64,000 nucleotides of DNA from Candidatus Thiodiazotropha sp. (GCA_040507245.1 JBEVVH010000002.1:10297-74296), one strand, 5' to 3'; shown: positions 1-10,464, numbered from the stretch's first letter. The notes: generated by a model from the sequence alone, not told the origin. Numbers and translations: made by a program.

Positions 1-276
1 GCTGGTCATGTTACCGATATTACTTGGCGGGGGATTCTACACGAAAAACGCCAAGATATACCAAGCATTTTCCTGGGTTATGCATCTGATGTGGCTTTAT
101 GATATGGAGGAATCGGCGAGATACCGTTTTGTCAGGTGGCCTCGGCAGATAGGGAACCTGCCTGGGGCAATGACCCTGAGATCAGGTGCTGGGAGTGTCC
201 ACCACCGTCTCACCTATCGGGTCGGGACGGTGGCGGACCACTTATTGGATGGTGGCCGAAAAGACCTCAGAGAGCA

Positions 277-917
277 TCATACAACCTGTTGCTGCAAGGA
301 ATCGCCCTCGCCCTGCTCGAGATCGAAACCAGCCAGGTAGTGACTGATGAGATGCTCCATCAACGGCAGGACGGATTTTTGTCCTTCTGGCTGCAGTTGA
401 TAATTAATTCTCAGGATCGCGATGCCGTGAACCCCGCTCCAGAGTGCCCGGGCTGCCAGAGCAATCTCCTCTTCAGAGACACGATTCAAAGTCAATGCGG
501 CCAGTTGCCGCTCAACCAGAGCATAAACCCGATCCACCTTGTCTTCGTAGATCTCTTTGAGCAGCCCTTCACCCTCGGGTTGGTGCTCAAACACCATGCG
601 CCAGCGATGGGCGTGTTGTGAGGCATACTCGATGTAGGCCGAGCCAAGGCATACAGGCAGTCCTGAGGATGACGGCATTCCGCCAGTGAGTCCTTCAGCA
701 CCATGTAGAGTTGATCCAGGGTACGGCCATTGACCCGTTGAATCAGCTCATCCAGATTTTTGAAAACGAAATAGAGACTACCGACTGTGTAGCCGATGGC
801 AGTTGCAACCTTGCGCGCTGACAACCCGCTGTAACCCTGAGTTTCGATCAGTCGTTCGGCGGCTTCCAATGCCATGTTTTCGATTTCGGACTTGCTGTGT
901 TCTCCCCTTCTTCCCAT
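277..917 (-). pseudogene. TetR/AcrR family regulator (HTH plus WHG-type C-terminal domain), split by a 1-nt frameshift near 639-640; real lesion or sequencing error
   Basis: ORF 492..917 gives the TetR HTH (ALEAAERLIETQGYSGLSARKVATAIGYTVGSLYFVFKN). ORF 277..678 gives the C-domain (AYIEYA..HRWRMVFE..ALWSGVHG). Adding one G to GCTCGG^CCTAC joins them into a 213-aa protein. Confidence 0.85.
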
Positions 918-931
918 GTCTACTCCCGTTT

Positions 932-948
932 AACACGATCAATGTGTT
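932..948. promoter_or_regulatory. Inverted repeat AACAC-N7-GTGTT just upstream of the TetR start; possible autoregulatory operator
   Basis: aacacgatcaatgtgtt lies about 15 nt from the TetR ATG; TetR proteins typically bind such palindromes. Confidence 0.35.
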
Positions 949-991
949 CGTCTGTATGTGTAAAAGCGACTTTCCCTATCTGTGCAAGGGC

Positions 992-1041
992 GGTGATCAA
1001 TATCACACTTTTTAGGATCCAGCACAGTGATCTATTGCACA
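992..1041. promoter_or_regulatory. Two tandem CRP/FNR-family-like sites
   Basis: gGTGA-tcaata-TCACA at 992-1007 and aGTGA-tctatt-GCACA at 1026-1041, compared with consensus TGTGA-N6-TCACA. Confidence 0.4.
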
Positions 1042-1277
1042 AGGCGCACCTTCAAACCAGCGTAATATGGTGAAACCTTGATCTGTGACAATTCCCAAAT
1101 GCAAATCATGCCACGAACTGAGGCATGATGTTGTTTTTATTATATAAACACCGCTCATTTATTCGCGGCTTCAGCTGTTTTTATAAACGCTGTTTGTTTT
1201 ATCGTCCATACCCGAACGATGCATGAAACAGTATCATTCCTGCTCGAAATTTTCGATGTTTTTCAATCCGTCCACAG

Positions 1278-2198
1278 ATGAACAACGCTCCCAGACAAGA
1301 TCTCAATCGCAATCCCTTTGTGGGTCGTCGACAGGCATTTCGGCAATGGCTGTTTCTTGCCTCATCGCGCCTCATATTTCGGGTTGCGGGCAGCCTATCA
1401 CCCGGACTGACTGGAAAACTGGCATTGCGGTCCTTTACCACACCGCCCAAATTCCCGCTCAACCCAATGGAGCGGCGCCTGTATGAGCAGTCTGAATTCG
1501 CTCTGCAGAATATCCAAGGCCGGCAGATTGCGATCCGCAGCTGGGGAACCGGGCCGGTTGTGCTGTTCAGTCACGGCTGGGGCGGACAGGGCGTACAATT
1601 CCATGCACTGATCGAAGCCCTGGTTCGCAGTGGCTACCGAGCCGTCGCCTTCGATGCCCCAGCCCACGGTAATTCACCAGGTAAACGGACCCATATGCTC
1701 GAGGTAAGCAGAATACTCGCCGCTCTGGGGAAGCAACTGGGGCCGATCGACACCCTGGTAGGGCATTCCTTCGGTTGCGGTACTGCACTGCTGGCCCAGT
1801 CCCGTTATGACCTTAAGGCAGGGAAACTGGTGTTGATCGCCTGTTTCGACGATATCCACTGGATCACCCGGAGGTTCGCGGAAGTCTTTGAACTGAGCGA
1901 ACCGGTATTGCTGGCCATGATGAAGGAAGCACACCGAAAATACTCAGTCCAGGTCCGGGAAGCCTGGGACTGGCCTGAGCTATCTCCCATGAACACAATT
2001 CAAACCGTTGAATGTGACGTTCTGCTCGTACATGACACACAGGACCGGGAAGTGCCCCATGCACACGCCTTGAGGCTGATCGAGCAGCATACCCGGGCAC
2101 AGTTGCTGACAACCCGGGGATTAGGCCACAAGAGGATACTGGGTGATCCAGAAACCGTACGGTACTGTACCGAGTTCATCGGCCGCGAATTCTATTAA
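1278..2198 (+). CDS. Alpha/beta fold hydrolase
   Basis: HGWGG oxyanion motif, FDAPAHG, GHSFG nucleophile elbow, HDTQD and GLGH catalytic Asp/His motifs. Confidence 0.9.
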   Translation: MNNAPRQDLNRNPFVGRRQAFRQWLFLASSRLIFRVAGSLSPGLTGKLALRSFTTPPKFPLNPMERRLYEQSEFALQNIQGRQIAIRSWGTGPVVLFSHGWGGQGVQFHALIEALVRSGYRAVAFDAPAHGNSPGKRTHMLEVSRILAALGKQLGPIDTLVGHSFGCGTALLAQSRYDLKAGKLVLIACFDDIHWITRRFAEVFELSEPVLLAMMKEAHRKYSVQVREAWDWPELSPMNTIQTVECDVLLVHDTQDREVPHAHALRLIEQHTRAQLLTTRGLGHKRILGDPETVRYCTEFIGREFY

Positions 2199-2212
2199 CC
2201 CGGCCACCCTGC

Positions 2213-3736
2213 TCAAAACTGATAGCCTGAAACCACACGATGCACTTTATTGGCCACATCAATCAAATCGTCGGCTGATTTGGCGTTCTCCTGGGCCTTG
2301 TCCACTGCCGATTGACTGGTACGGGTGATGCTTTGGATGTTATGGCTCAAATTTTCCGACATCTGGGACTGGACCTGAACCGCATTCACGATTTCACTGT
2401 TCATCCGACTGATTTCAGCCACCGATACCAGAATCTCCTGCAAGGCCTGCCCAGCTTTCTGAATCTCGGTGGAAGTCCGTGTAGAGGCGTCCTGTCCGTA
2501 TCCGATTTTGGTGACCGAGGATTCGGTATCGACCTGCAGTTTCTCAATGATCTTCTGAATCTCCTGGGTCGATTCCTGGGTGCGTTGCGCCAAGGTTCTC
2601 ACTTCATCCGCGACCACCGCAAAACCGCGCCCGTATTCACCCGCGCGGGCTGCCTCGATGGCGGCATTCAGGGCCAGCAGGTTGGTCTGTTCCGAAATAC
2701 CCCGAATCACATCCACTACCGAACCGATGCTGTCGGCGTTTACTTCCAGCATGCGTATCGATTCAGACGCCTCACCCATGGTTTTTTGCAGATCCGCAGT
2801 GATCTTTTCCGCATTGTCGAACAAAGCGTATCCCGATTTTGCCAGTTTGTCCGCATTGGCGGCCGCCTCAGCGGCCGCCAGGGTATTCTTGGCCACTTCA
2901 TCGACACTGCGGATCATATCTGTAACGGCGCTTGCCGCCTGTTGCGTCTCGTGATGCTGATGGCCGATCTCCTCCTGCGTCGCATGTGCGATACCCTCCA
3001 CCTGATTCGCCAGCCGGGTGACCTGGCTTGAGGCCTCGGCCACATCATGGGCCAGGGATGAGAATTTTCCCATCATGGCATTGAACGCCTCGGTGATGGC
3101 GCTCTCGTCTCCGGTATTGATGCGAACTCTCAAATCGTTCTCCAGATCCACCTTGTGTACGGCCTTCACCAATTCACCGACGGCACGTTCGTCACGGCGC
3201 ATGATCACCGCGTAATAGATCAGAATGGCACTCTCGAAAACCACGAATGCCGCATGCAAAAAAGCAATTCCCCAGGAACAGCCATAATTGAAAATCATAA
3301 CCGGCATTTCGCCGATGCTGGCATTGGCCAGTTGCAGCCCGGTCAATGCCAGATGATGCACGGCAATGGCTCCCGCTGCCGCCACCACCGGTATCCAGTT
3401 TCGGTAAATGAGCAACAACGCCAGCGCACCAAAAATATGGAAATGCATCTCGATGCGGCCCAATTGGGATTGGATCATGATGGCGGAAATCGCCATCAGC
3501 AGGACACCAGCCACGATGCTGAAACCCAGGGTTCCGCGCAGCAAGGCATATGCGGCACCCGCCAATACACCCACGATGAGTGAGGCAAAGATGGCGAAAC
3601 CTGAGGTGCCGTACCCCATGGGAACCAGAAACATGGTGACCGGAAGATGTGCCATGATGATGACAAACAGGATTCGGTCGTTACGCAGCAGTTCATCGCT
3701 TGAGGAAAGGGTGGATTTCTTCTGAGTGGTGGGCAT
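2213..3736 (-). CDS. Methyl-accepting chemotaxis protein with a multi-TM, His-rich membrane sensor domain
   Basis: C-terminal MCP signature [37 protein letters not shown]; N-terminal hydrophobic helices carrying HFHIF and VHH motifs; ATG at 3736 preferred over TTG at 3742. Confidence 0.92.
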   Translation of the reverse strand: MPTTQKKSTLSSSDELLRNDRILFVIIMAHLPVTMFLVPMGYGTSGFAIFASLIVGVLAGAAYALLRGTLGFSIVAGVLLMAISAIMIQSQLGRIEMHFHIFGALALLLIYRNWIPVVAAAGAIAVHHLALTGLQLANASIGEMPVMIFNYGCSWGIAFLHAAFVVFESAILIYYAVIMRRDERAVGELVKAVHKVDLENDLRVRINTGDESAITEAFNAMMGKFSSLAHDVAEASSQVTRLANQVEGIAHATQEEIGHQHHETQQAASAVTDMIRSVDEVAKNTLAAAEAAANADKLAKSGYALFDNAEKITADLQKTMGEASESIRMLEVNADSIGSVVDVIRGISEQTNLLALNAAIEAARAGEYGRGFAVVADEVRTLAQRTQESTQEIQKIIEKLQVDTESSVTKIGYGQDASTRTSTEIQKAGQALQEILVSVAEISRMNSEIVNAVQVQSQMSENLSHNIQSITRTSQSAVDKAQENAKSADDLIDVANKVHRVVSGYQF

Positions 3737-3757
3737 GGTCAAGTCTCTTCAGGGTTG

Positions 3758-4333
3758 TCATGTCACATCGATGGCTATCGCATTCAGATCGCGAAGCATC
3801 CTTTCAAGACTCAGAAAGCCTCCGCTGTAAACGAGTTGCAATCTGCCTTGCGGATCTATGAGATAGATGTATCCCGGATGGTCAATCCGGGGCTGTCCCT
3901 CACTATGCCCGGGCGCATAGGAGAAGTAGGCATGATAGTCGGCAGCCACCTGTTGTGCGTGGTGCGGATCGTTGGCCATCAATCCGGTGAAATTCCCGCC
4001 TCGACTATCAAAATATGTGGAAATCTTCTCTGCGGTATCATGTTCGGGGTCCATCCCGACATAAAGAAACTGAACCCGCTCCGAAGTGACCTGCTGGTTG
4101 AGATTCAGCAGGGTCAGCGCCTGATTGTGGCAGACGTCCTTGCAACCCAGGTAACCGAACATCAGGTAGACAAAATTGCCCCGGTCATCTGATAGTTTGA
4201 CGGCCTGACCTTTGACATCCTGAAGCAGGAAATCCGGTGCCTTCCCGGAGATACTGCGTCCATAGTAGTGCTTACTTTGAAACGGGTCAGGCAGCAGAGG
4301 CAAACCGGCAATCAAGAGCATGGAAGCGCTCAA
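3758..4333 (-). CDS. SCO1/SenC family copper chaperone; the true start may be ATG 4386 if a 1-nt deletion is present
   Basis: FGYLGCKDVC (CxxxC) and IDHPGYIYLIDPQG (conserved His) motifs. Confidence 0.88.
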   Translation of the reverse strand: MSASMLLIAGLPLLPDPFQSKHYYGRSISGKAPDFLLQDVKGQAVKLSDDRGNFVYLMFGYLGCKDVCHNQALTLLNLNQQVTSERVQFLYVGMDPEHDTAEKISTYFDSRGGNFTGLMANDPHHAQQVAADYHAYFSYAPGHSEGQPRIDHPGYIYLIDPQGRLQLVYSGGFLSLERMLRDLNAIAIDVT

Positions 4334-4512
4334 GAGCAGGACGAGCGTCAGCTTGTGCGGGGATTTGAAAATCGGTGCGTCCTCATAGGTATCGGGACCT
4401 CACGACCGGGTACGGCTGGATCGTAACGATCCACAAATTATGGTCGAGGCTAATTACGACTTGAAGGGTAAATCGGAAATGGATTCTCGGAATTGGCTTT
4501 CAGGGGAGCGAA

Positions 4513-5982
4513 TCAGTCTTCCCGGTGAGCGGAATACACTTTGACAGATGCCCCGGGATTGACCGTAAACCTGCTCACCAGATAGATGGCCAGGCTGGAC
4601 AACAGGAAACCCGGCACAATTTCGTAAAGATCGAACAACCCACCGGACAGTGGTCGCCACACGACGACTGTCAGGCCACCGACAAGAATGCCTGCCAGGG
4701 CACCCCAGCGAGTCATGCGGTTCCAATACAGTGACAGCAGCACTGCCGGGCCGAACGCCGCACCAAACCCTGCCCAGGCATAGGCCACCAGGTCCAGCAC
4801 TTTGCTGTTCGGATCCAGCGCCAGCGCAAAGGCGATCAGGGCGATACATAGCACGGCCAGACGACCCACGATCATCAGCTCACGTTCACCGGCCTGTTTA
4901 CGTAACAGCAGACGATACAAATCACCGGTGAAGGTACTCGAAGAAACCAGTAACTGGGAATCGGCGGTACTCATGATGGCGGCCAGGATCGCGGCCAGGC
5001 AGATACCCGCGACCAGAGGATGAAACAGCAGTCCGACCAGACGGATGAACACCTTTTCCGCATCCGCCAGGGGCGGATCGAACAGCGGAATGCCGATCAA
5101 TCCCACCAGACAGGCGGCACTCAGGCTGAGAAAAACCCAGGTCACCGCAATACGCCGGGCCTTGGGAACAAATCCGGGAGAGCGGATCGCCTTGAACCGG
5201 GCGAGGATGTGCGGCTGGCCGAAATAACCCAGACCCCAGGCCATCAGGGAGAGGATGGCCAGCACGCCCAGGGGCTCCCCCTGGGCATTGGTCCAGGGGT
5301 CAAGCAGTTCGGGATTGCGGGCTTCGATGCTGGCAACAGTCGCATCCAAACCGCCCTGTCCCTGCAGGGCATAGAGCGGTATCGCGAGCAGCGCCAGAAT
5401 CATCAGCAAACCTTGAAACAGGTCGGTCCATGATACGGCAAGAAAGCCGCCGAACGCGGTGTAGAGCATGATCACCACCACTCCGGCGGCCACCGCCCAG
5501 ACATAGGGCAGACCGAATACGGCCTCGAAGAGTTTGCCTCCGGCCACCAGCCCGGAACTGGTATAAAAGAGAAAAAACAACAACACGAAGACCGATGAGA
5601 CCACGCGGATCAAACCGCTGCGATCGGCAAACCGATTCGAGAGATACTCGGGCAGTGTCAAAGCATTGTCCGCAACCTCCGAGGCGTGACGCAGACGTGC
5701 GGCCACCCAGCGCCAGTTCAGCCAGGTACCGATCCACAACCCCAGGGCGATCCAGATTGCCTCCAACCCGGACAGATAGGCATAACCCGGCAGGCCCAAC
5801 AGCAACCAGCCGCTCATGTCCGAAGCGCTGGCACTGATAGCCGCCACCCAACTACCCAGTTGGCGTCCCCCGAGCACGAAGTCGGAAAGATTGCGGGTCC
5901 GTTTCCAGGCCAGCACACCGATGCCCATCACCACCATCAGGTAGAGGGCAAAACTGCTCCCCACCAGCATGCCGGCCGTCAC
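4513..5982 (-). CDS. putP: Sodium/proline symporter (SSS family)
   Basis: SASASDMSGWLLLGLPG, LGYFGQPHILARF and AAIMSTADSQLLV motifs; about 12-13 TM helices. Confidence 0.9.
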   Translation of the reverse strand: MTAGMLVGSSFALYLMVVMGIGVLAWKRTRNLSDFVLGGRQLGSWVAAISASASDMSGWLLLGLPGYAYLSGLEAIWIALGLWIGTWLNWRWVAARLRHASEVADNALTLPEYLSNRFADRSGLIRVVSSVFVLLFFLFYTSSGLVAGGKLFEAVFGLPYVWAVAAGVVVIMLYTAFGGFLAVSWTDLFQGLLMILALLAIPLYALQGQGGLDATVASIEARNPELLDPWTNAQGEPLGVLAILSLMAWGLGYFGQPHILARFKAIRSPGFVPKARRIAVTWVFLSLSAACLVGLIGIPLFDPPLADAEKVFIRLVGLLFHPLVAGICLAAILAAIMSTADSQLLVSSSTFTGDLYRLLLRKQAGERELMIVGRLAVLCIALIAFALALDPNSKVLDLVAYAWAGFGAAFGPAVLLSLYWNRMTRWGALAGILVGGLTVVVWRPLSGGLFDLYEIVPGFLLSSLAIYLVSRFTVNPGASVKVYSAHRED

Positions 5983-7265
5983 TGTCCTGCTCCCTGTGAT
6001 TCTATTTTCGCCATGTAGGCGTTTTTCATGGCCGCTTCAAGCGCCTGATTGGAGGCGTATTCAAAACCGAAAACACTCTGCCACAAGTCATGGTTTTCCA
6101 TGCACAGATAGAAGAACACCTCGTCGTGCCAGGCCTTGAGTCCCTGGTAGGCAAAACGAAACATCGACTCCTTGATGTGCCTCGGATAGGAGAGTTTGCC
6201 GTCGCTTTCGACCAGCGGCATCTGCAGAATCTTGCTGCGGAATCCGGCACGGGCGCGCAACTGCTTGATCACCGGTTTGATGTAGGTGAGTGTACCCAAC
6301 GAAACCAGAACCACCTCGCGGGAGGAGAACCCGGATGTCATCCTGAGCAGCAGGTCAGCGTAATCCGCTTCCCAGGCATCATAATGAATCATCGGGTGCA
6401 GGTGAAAGCCCACCCGCACCCCCTTGTCCGCCAGGCGGCGGGCGGCCTCCAGCCGCTCGTCCAGGGACGCGGTCAGATGCTCTTCATGGGCAATCAGGGT
6501 TGGGGTATTCAGGGACCAGGTACAGAGAATGTTCGCTGGCACCTCATGTTTCAGCAGGTAGGCGATGTTTTTCGATTTGGTCTTGAGTTCCAGAATCACA
6601 TTGGGATAGCGCCGGGCAAAGCCGAACAGGGCATCCAGGATCCCCCCCTGATTACCCCACATCAGCGAATCGGAGGATTGTCCAGTACCAATGTGATAGG
6701 TCCTGTGCGGGTCGAGTTCGAGTTGCTCAAGCTTTTCCGAGAATTTCGCATCGAAGCGTACCTCGTCCCCATGATAGAAGGACTGAATGCTGCAATAGCT
6801 GCAGTCGAAGCCGCAATTCTCCACCGCATCCAGGGTCATCAGGTTGCAGCAGCGGGTGCGCGGTGATGCGACCGGGCAGGTTCCCAGGCCTAACCGGTCC
6901 TTGACCACATCGATGCGCTGAATGCGCTGTTCGGCCCGGGGCGGTGTCAGGGGAATCCGCGGATAGTGATTGGGCTGCTCCCTGAGTGCCTGCCAATGCT
7001 CTCGCACCTGTGCGAGCAGCCATTGACGTTGCTGTTTCGGTGCGGCTGCCGGCACCCCCTCAGCAGGCCAGGCAGATTCCAGACTCCCCTCCCCCCACAT
7101 GCTCAGGTCCACCGCCATGTCGCACAGCTGACGCAGTTCCTGGTAAGTGAATCGATAGCGTTCGGACTGTTGCTGCAGGAAACTGCGTTGCGCGGGCTCC
7201 AGGCGTCCGATTCCTGCCTGCTCAAGCGAGGTCCGTGGATCGTCGCGATCTGGCATCTGGGACAT
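5979..7265 (-). CDS. Radical SAM protein of the spore photoproduct lyase (SplB)-like family
   Basis: CxxxCxxC motif (NCGFDCSYC), plus ELKTKS, WSLN and VGFHLHP segments resembling SPL-family core strands. Confidence 0.8.
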   Translation of the reverse strand: MSQMPDRDDPRTSLEQAGIGRLEPAQRSFLQQQSERYRFTYQELRQLCDMAVDLSMWGEGSLESAWPAEGVPAAAPKQQRQWLLAQVREHWQALREQPNHYPRIPLTPPRAEQRIQRIDVVKDRLGLGTCPVASPRTRCCNLMTLDAVENCGFDCSYCSIQSFYHGDEVRFDAKFSEKLEQLELDPHRTYHIGTGQSSDSLMWGNQGGILDALFGFARRYPNVILELKTKSKNIAYLLKHEVPANILCTWSLNTPTLIAHEEHLTASLDERLEAARRLADKGVRVGFHLHPMIHYDAWEADYADLLLRMTSGFSSREVVLVSLGTLTYIKPVIKQLRARAGFRSKILQMPLVESDGKLSYPRHIKESMFRFAYQGLKAWHDEVFFYLCMENHDLWQSVFGFEYASNQALEAAMKNAYMAKIESQGAGQ

Positions 7266-7278
7266 GGGACAGGCCTCG

Positions 7279-8667
7279 TTATTTACGTGTAACGAAGCGC
7301 TTCAACCGCTGCCGCTTCTGCACCTGGCGTTTGGTGAGTTTGTTGCGCTTGCCTTCATAGGGGTTTTCCCCGGAACGGAACTCGATGCGGATCGGGGTGC
7401 CCTTGAGATTGAGCGCAGTACGAAAACGGGTGGTCAGATAGCGTTTATAGCTGTCCGGCACCTGATCGGTCTGGTTGCCATGGATGACGATCAAGGGGGG
7501 ATTCTTGCCGCCCTGGTGGGCATAGCGCAGCTTGATGCGTCGACCGTTGACCAGCGGCGGTTGATGCTCCTGCACCAGAATTTCCAGAATTCGGGTCAGT
7601 TCCGGGGTCGACAGGTCGCTCATGGCACTCTTGTAGACCTGCTTCACCATATCGAACAGATCCCCCACGCCGGAGCCGTGCAGGGCGGAGATGAAGTGAC
7701 GACGGGCAAACTTGAGAAACGGCAGCTTGCGCTCGATCTCCTCCTTGATCCATTCCCGCTGGTCCTGATCGAGTCCGTCCCATTTGTTGATCACCAGGAT
7801 CAGAGCACGGCCGCTTTCCAGCACATGTCCCGCCAGGGTGGCGTCCTGTTCGCCGATCTCCTGCTGGGCATCCAATACCAGCAGCACCACATTGGCTTCC
7901 TGGATCGATTGCAGGGTCTTGATGATGCTGAACTTCTCGATCGCCTCCTTGATCCGGGCCCTGCGCCGCACACCGGCGGTGTCGATCAGGGTGTAGCGGG
8001 TGCCGTTGCGTTCCATCGGTACATAGATGCTGTCCCGGGTGGTGCCGGGCTGGTCGAAGGCGACCACCCGCTCCTCGCCCAGAAGGCGATTAACCAGAGT
8101 GGATTTGCCCACGTTGGGACGGCCCACCACCGCGATTTGAATACCCTTCTCCTCGGCGGAGATCTCCCCTTCGGGTTCGGGCAACTGTTCCAGCACCCCA
8201 TCGATGAGGCGTCTTACGCCACGTCCATGGGCCGCCGCAATGGCCGCTGGTTCACCGAGCCCGAGGCGGTAGAAATCATTCACCGCCAGGGTCTCATCGA
8301 GATTCTCGCTCTTGTTGATCGCCAGGGTCACCGGTTTGCCGGTCTTGCGCAGGGCCTGGGCGATGATTTCATCACCTCTGGTACATCCCTCTTTGGCGTC
8401 GAGCAGAAACAGGATATGGTCCGCTTCACCGATGGCCTGCTGAACCTGTTGCGCCATCAAGCCGTCGATACCGGCCTCGTCGCCACTGATCCCGCCGGTG
8501 TCAACCACCACGTAAGGATGCTTACCGAGCTTACCCGTGCCGTACTTGCGGTCCCGGGTCAGGCCGGGCTGATCCGCGACCAATGCATCCCGGCTTCGGG
8601 TCAGCCGATTGAACAGGGTGGATTTACCCACATTGGGACGCCCGACCAGGGCGATGACTGGCAGCAT
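7279..8667 (-). CDS. der: Ribosome biogenesis GTPase Der
   Basis: Two tandem GTPase domains (GRPNVGKS twice, DTGG/DTAG, NKSE/NKWD). Confidence 0.98.
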   Translation of the reverse strand: MLPVIALVGRPNVGKSTLFNRLTRSRDALVADQPGLTRDRKYGTGKLGKHPYVVVDTGGISGDEAGIDGLMAQQVQQAIGEADHILFLLDAKEGCTRGDEIIAQALRKTGKPVTLAINKSENLDETLAVNDFYRLGLGEPAAIAAAHGRGVRRLIDGVLEQLPEPEGEISAEEKGIQIAVVGRPNVGKSTLVNRLLGEERVVAFDQPGTTRDSIYVPMERNGTRYTLIDTAGVRRRARIKEAIEKFSIIKTLQSIQEANVVLLVLDAQQEIGEQDATLAGHVLESGRALILVINKWDGLDQDQREWIKEEIERKLPFLKFARRHFISALHGSGVGDLFDMVKQVYKSAMSDLSTPELTRILEILVQEHQPPLVNGRRIKLRYAHQGGKNPPLIVIHGNQTDQVPDSYKRYLTTRFRTALNLKGTPIRIEFRSGENPYEGKRNKLTKRQVQKRQRLKRFVTRK

Positions 8668-9830
8668 CAGGGTTGCTCGGTTTCGATGGGATGTGCCTGC
8701 AGGGCGGTCAGGGTGCCGCCTTCATCCAGGATATACACCACATCGTAGACGACCAGCGGCTTATAGCGGATCGGATCACTACCGACCTTGATCCTCGCGA
8801 GCTGGCGTCCATCGTCCTGGGACAACCAATGCACATAACCTTCCAGGTCGCCCACCACCAGGTACTCGCCCACCATTGCCGGAGCGGTGAGACGCCGGGC
8901 GTGCAGTTCCTTCTGCTGCCACAGGGCGGCGCCATTGCTGGTATCCAGAGCCCAGACATGATCGTTCGCATCCGTGACGAACAGATTCCGCCAGCTGGCA
9001 TCCAGTCCGGCATGTGAGGAGAGTTTGCGGCGCCACAACACGACACCACTGGATTCGGAAACCGCCGCGACATCGCCCTGGAACGCCGCCACGTAGACAG
9101 TGCCTTCCACCAGCTTGGGGTCCGCGTCGATATCCACCACACGTTCCAGTTCGGTCCTGCCCTGAGGTACGGATATCTCCGCCTCCCAGGTGACCAGTCC
9201 CGCGTCGAGGCTCAAGCCGATCAACTTTCCACCGGCAAATCCCGCAATCACCCGGGATTCACCGATCACCGGTGAGCTGTCACCCCGCAGGGACAACACC
9301 GGCACGCTGCGATCATAGAGCCAGCGGCGTTCTCCCGCATCCGCGGTATAGGCCGCGACACCGCCATCGGCCGTCCGGCACACCACATAACCGCCACGTA
9401 TCGCGGGTGTGGAGAGCACTTCACTGCCCACCCTTTGACGCCAGCGCTCAGAACCATCCGCGGCATCCAGCACGATCAGGTCCGCCTCCAGGCTGCCCAG
9501 TGCGACCAGCCCTTCGCCAACCCCGGGTCCGCCACTCAGGGGAGTTTCGAGATCCACGGACCAGAGGGTTTTGCCATTCTCAGCATCGACCGCGTAGACA
9601 CCGCCGGACGGTTCTGCCAGGTAGAGCACCCCATCCTTGTAAGCCGGCTTGAGTTTCAGCTGCGCCCCTTCCGCGCCTTCGAAGCCATCATCCCAGAGGG
9701 TTTCGATCTTCAGACTGTTCTGCAGTTCGACCAATTCCGCCGGCGGGTCCGCATTGTCTTTGCCGGACAACAGACTGCAACCGGTCAGCAGCAGCAACAA
9801 CGGTATCGGCCAGAGTGCCCGGTGTTTCAT
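8667..9830 (-). CDS. bamB: Outer membrane protein assembly factor BamB
   Basis: Lipoprotein signal MKHRALW..LLLLTGC, PQQ-like beta-propeller repeats, [12 protein letters not shown] motif, position between yfgM and der. Confidence 0.95.
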   Translation of the reverse strand: MKHRALWPIPLLLLLTGCSLLSGKDNADPPAELVELQNSLKIETLWDDGFEGAEGAQLKLKPAYKDGVLYLAEPSGGVYAVDAENGKTLWSVDLETPLSGGPGVGEGLVALGSLEADLIVLDAADGSERWRQRVGSEVLSTPAIRGGYVVCRTADGGVAAYTADAGERRWLYDRSVPVLSLRGDSSPVIGESRVIAGFAGGKLIGLSLDAGLVTWEAEISVPQGRTELERVVDIDADPKLVEGTVYVAAFQGDVAAVSESSGVVLWRRKLSSHAGLDASWRNLFVTDANDHVWALDTSNGAALWQQKELHARRLTAPAMVGEYLVVGDLEGYVHWLSQDDGRQLARIKVGSDPIRYKPLVVYDVVYILDEGGTLTALQAHPIETEQP

Positions 9831-9831
9831 T

Positions 9832-10464
9832 TCAGCCCCGGGACTGCTCGACCGCCAGGTCATCCAGCTTCATCTGCAACAGCGCGCGATCACCCACATC
9901 CTCGGTCATGGCCTGGGTATAGGCCTCGGCGGCGGCCGCCTTGTCTCCCTTGGCAAGCGCGATATCACCCCGCAGAACCGCATATTCACCCTGAAAGGCT
10001 CCGGCATCATCAGCCACCAGTTTCGAGGCTTCGTCATAGGCGCCTTCGTCGAGCAGGACTCTTGCCAGATTGAGGCGTGCCAGGCGCACCAGGGAGGGAT
10101 CATCCGCCTGCTTGATCACCGACTCCAGCTTTGCCTTGGCCGCAGCCCGGTCATCCCCTTCCAGCATCAAACGAGCCTCGGCCAGTCCGCCGAACACCGC
10201 ATAGGCGGTGCCGTCGTAGTTCTTTTCCAATAGTTCGGCCTGTTTCTGCGCCGACTCGGTGTCACCGCCCTGTACCGCGGTGAGCATCTGATTGAAGCCT
10301 ACCGAGGCTTCGGCACCAATGCGCTCCTGATAGCTACCCCAGGCCTGCCAGCCGAACACACCGCTCAGCCCCAGCACCAGTCCGGCCACCACCGAGGTAC
10401 CGTTCTCCTTCCACCATTTTTTTATCGCCTCGACCTGTTCTTCTTCTGTCTCGTATACGCTCAT
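9832..10464 (-). CDS. yfgM: Ancillary SecYEG translocon subunit YfgM (TPR)
   Basis: YETEEEQVEAIKKWWKENG N-terminus, single TM, synteny. Confidence 0.93.
   Translation of the reverse strand: MSVYETEEEQVEAIKKWWKENGTSVVAGLVLGLSGVFGWQAWGSYQERIGAEASVGFNQMLTAVQGGDTESAQKQAELLEKNYDGTAYAVFGGLAEARLMLEGDDRAAAKAKLESVIKQADDPSLVRLARLNLARVLLDEGAYDEASKLVADDAGAFQGEYAVLRGDIALAKGDKAAAAEAYTQAMTEDVGDRALLQMKLDDLAVEQSRG

Noticed and set aside
145-190. GAACCTG and CTGAGA words reminiscent of a TPP riboswitch
   Set aside because: The motifs are in the wrong order, the rest of the consensus is missing, and no thiamine gene lies downstream.
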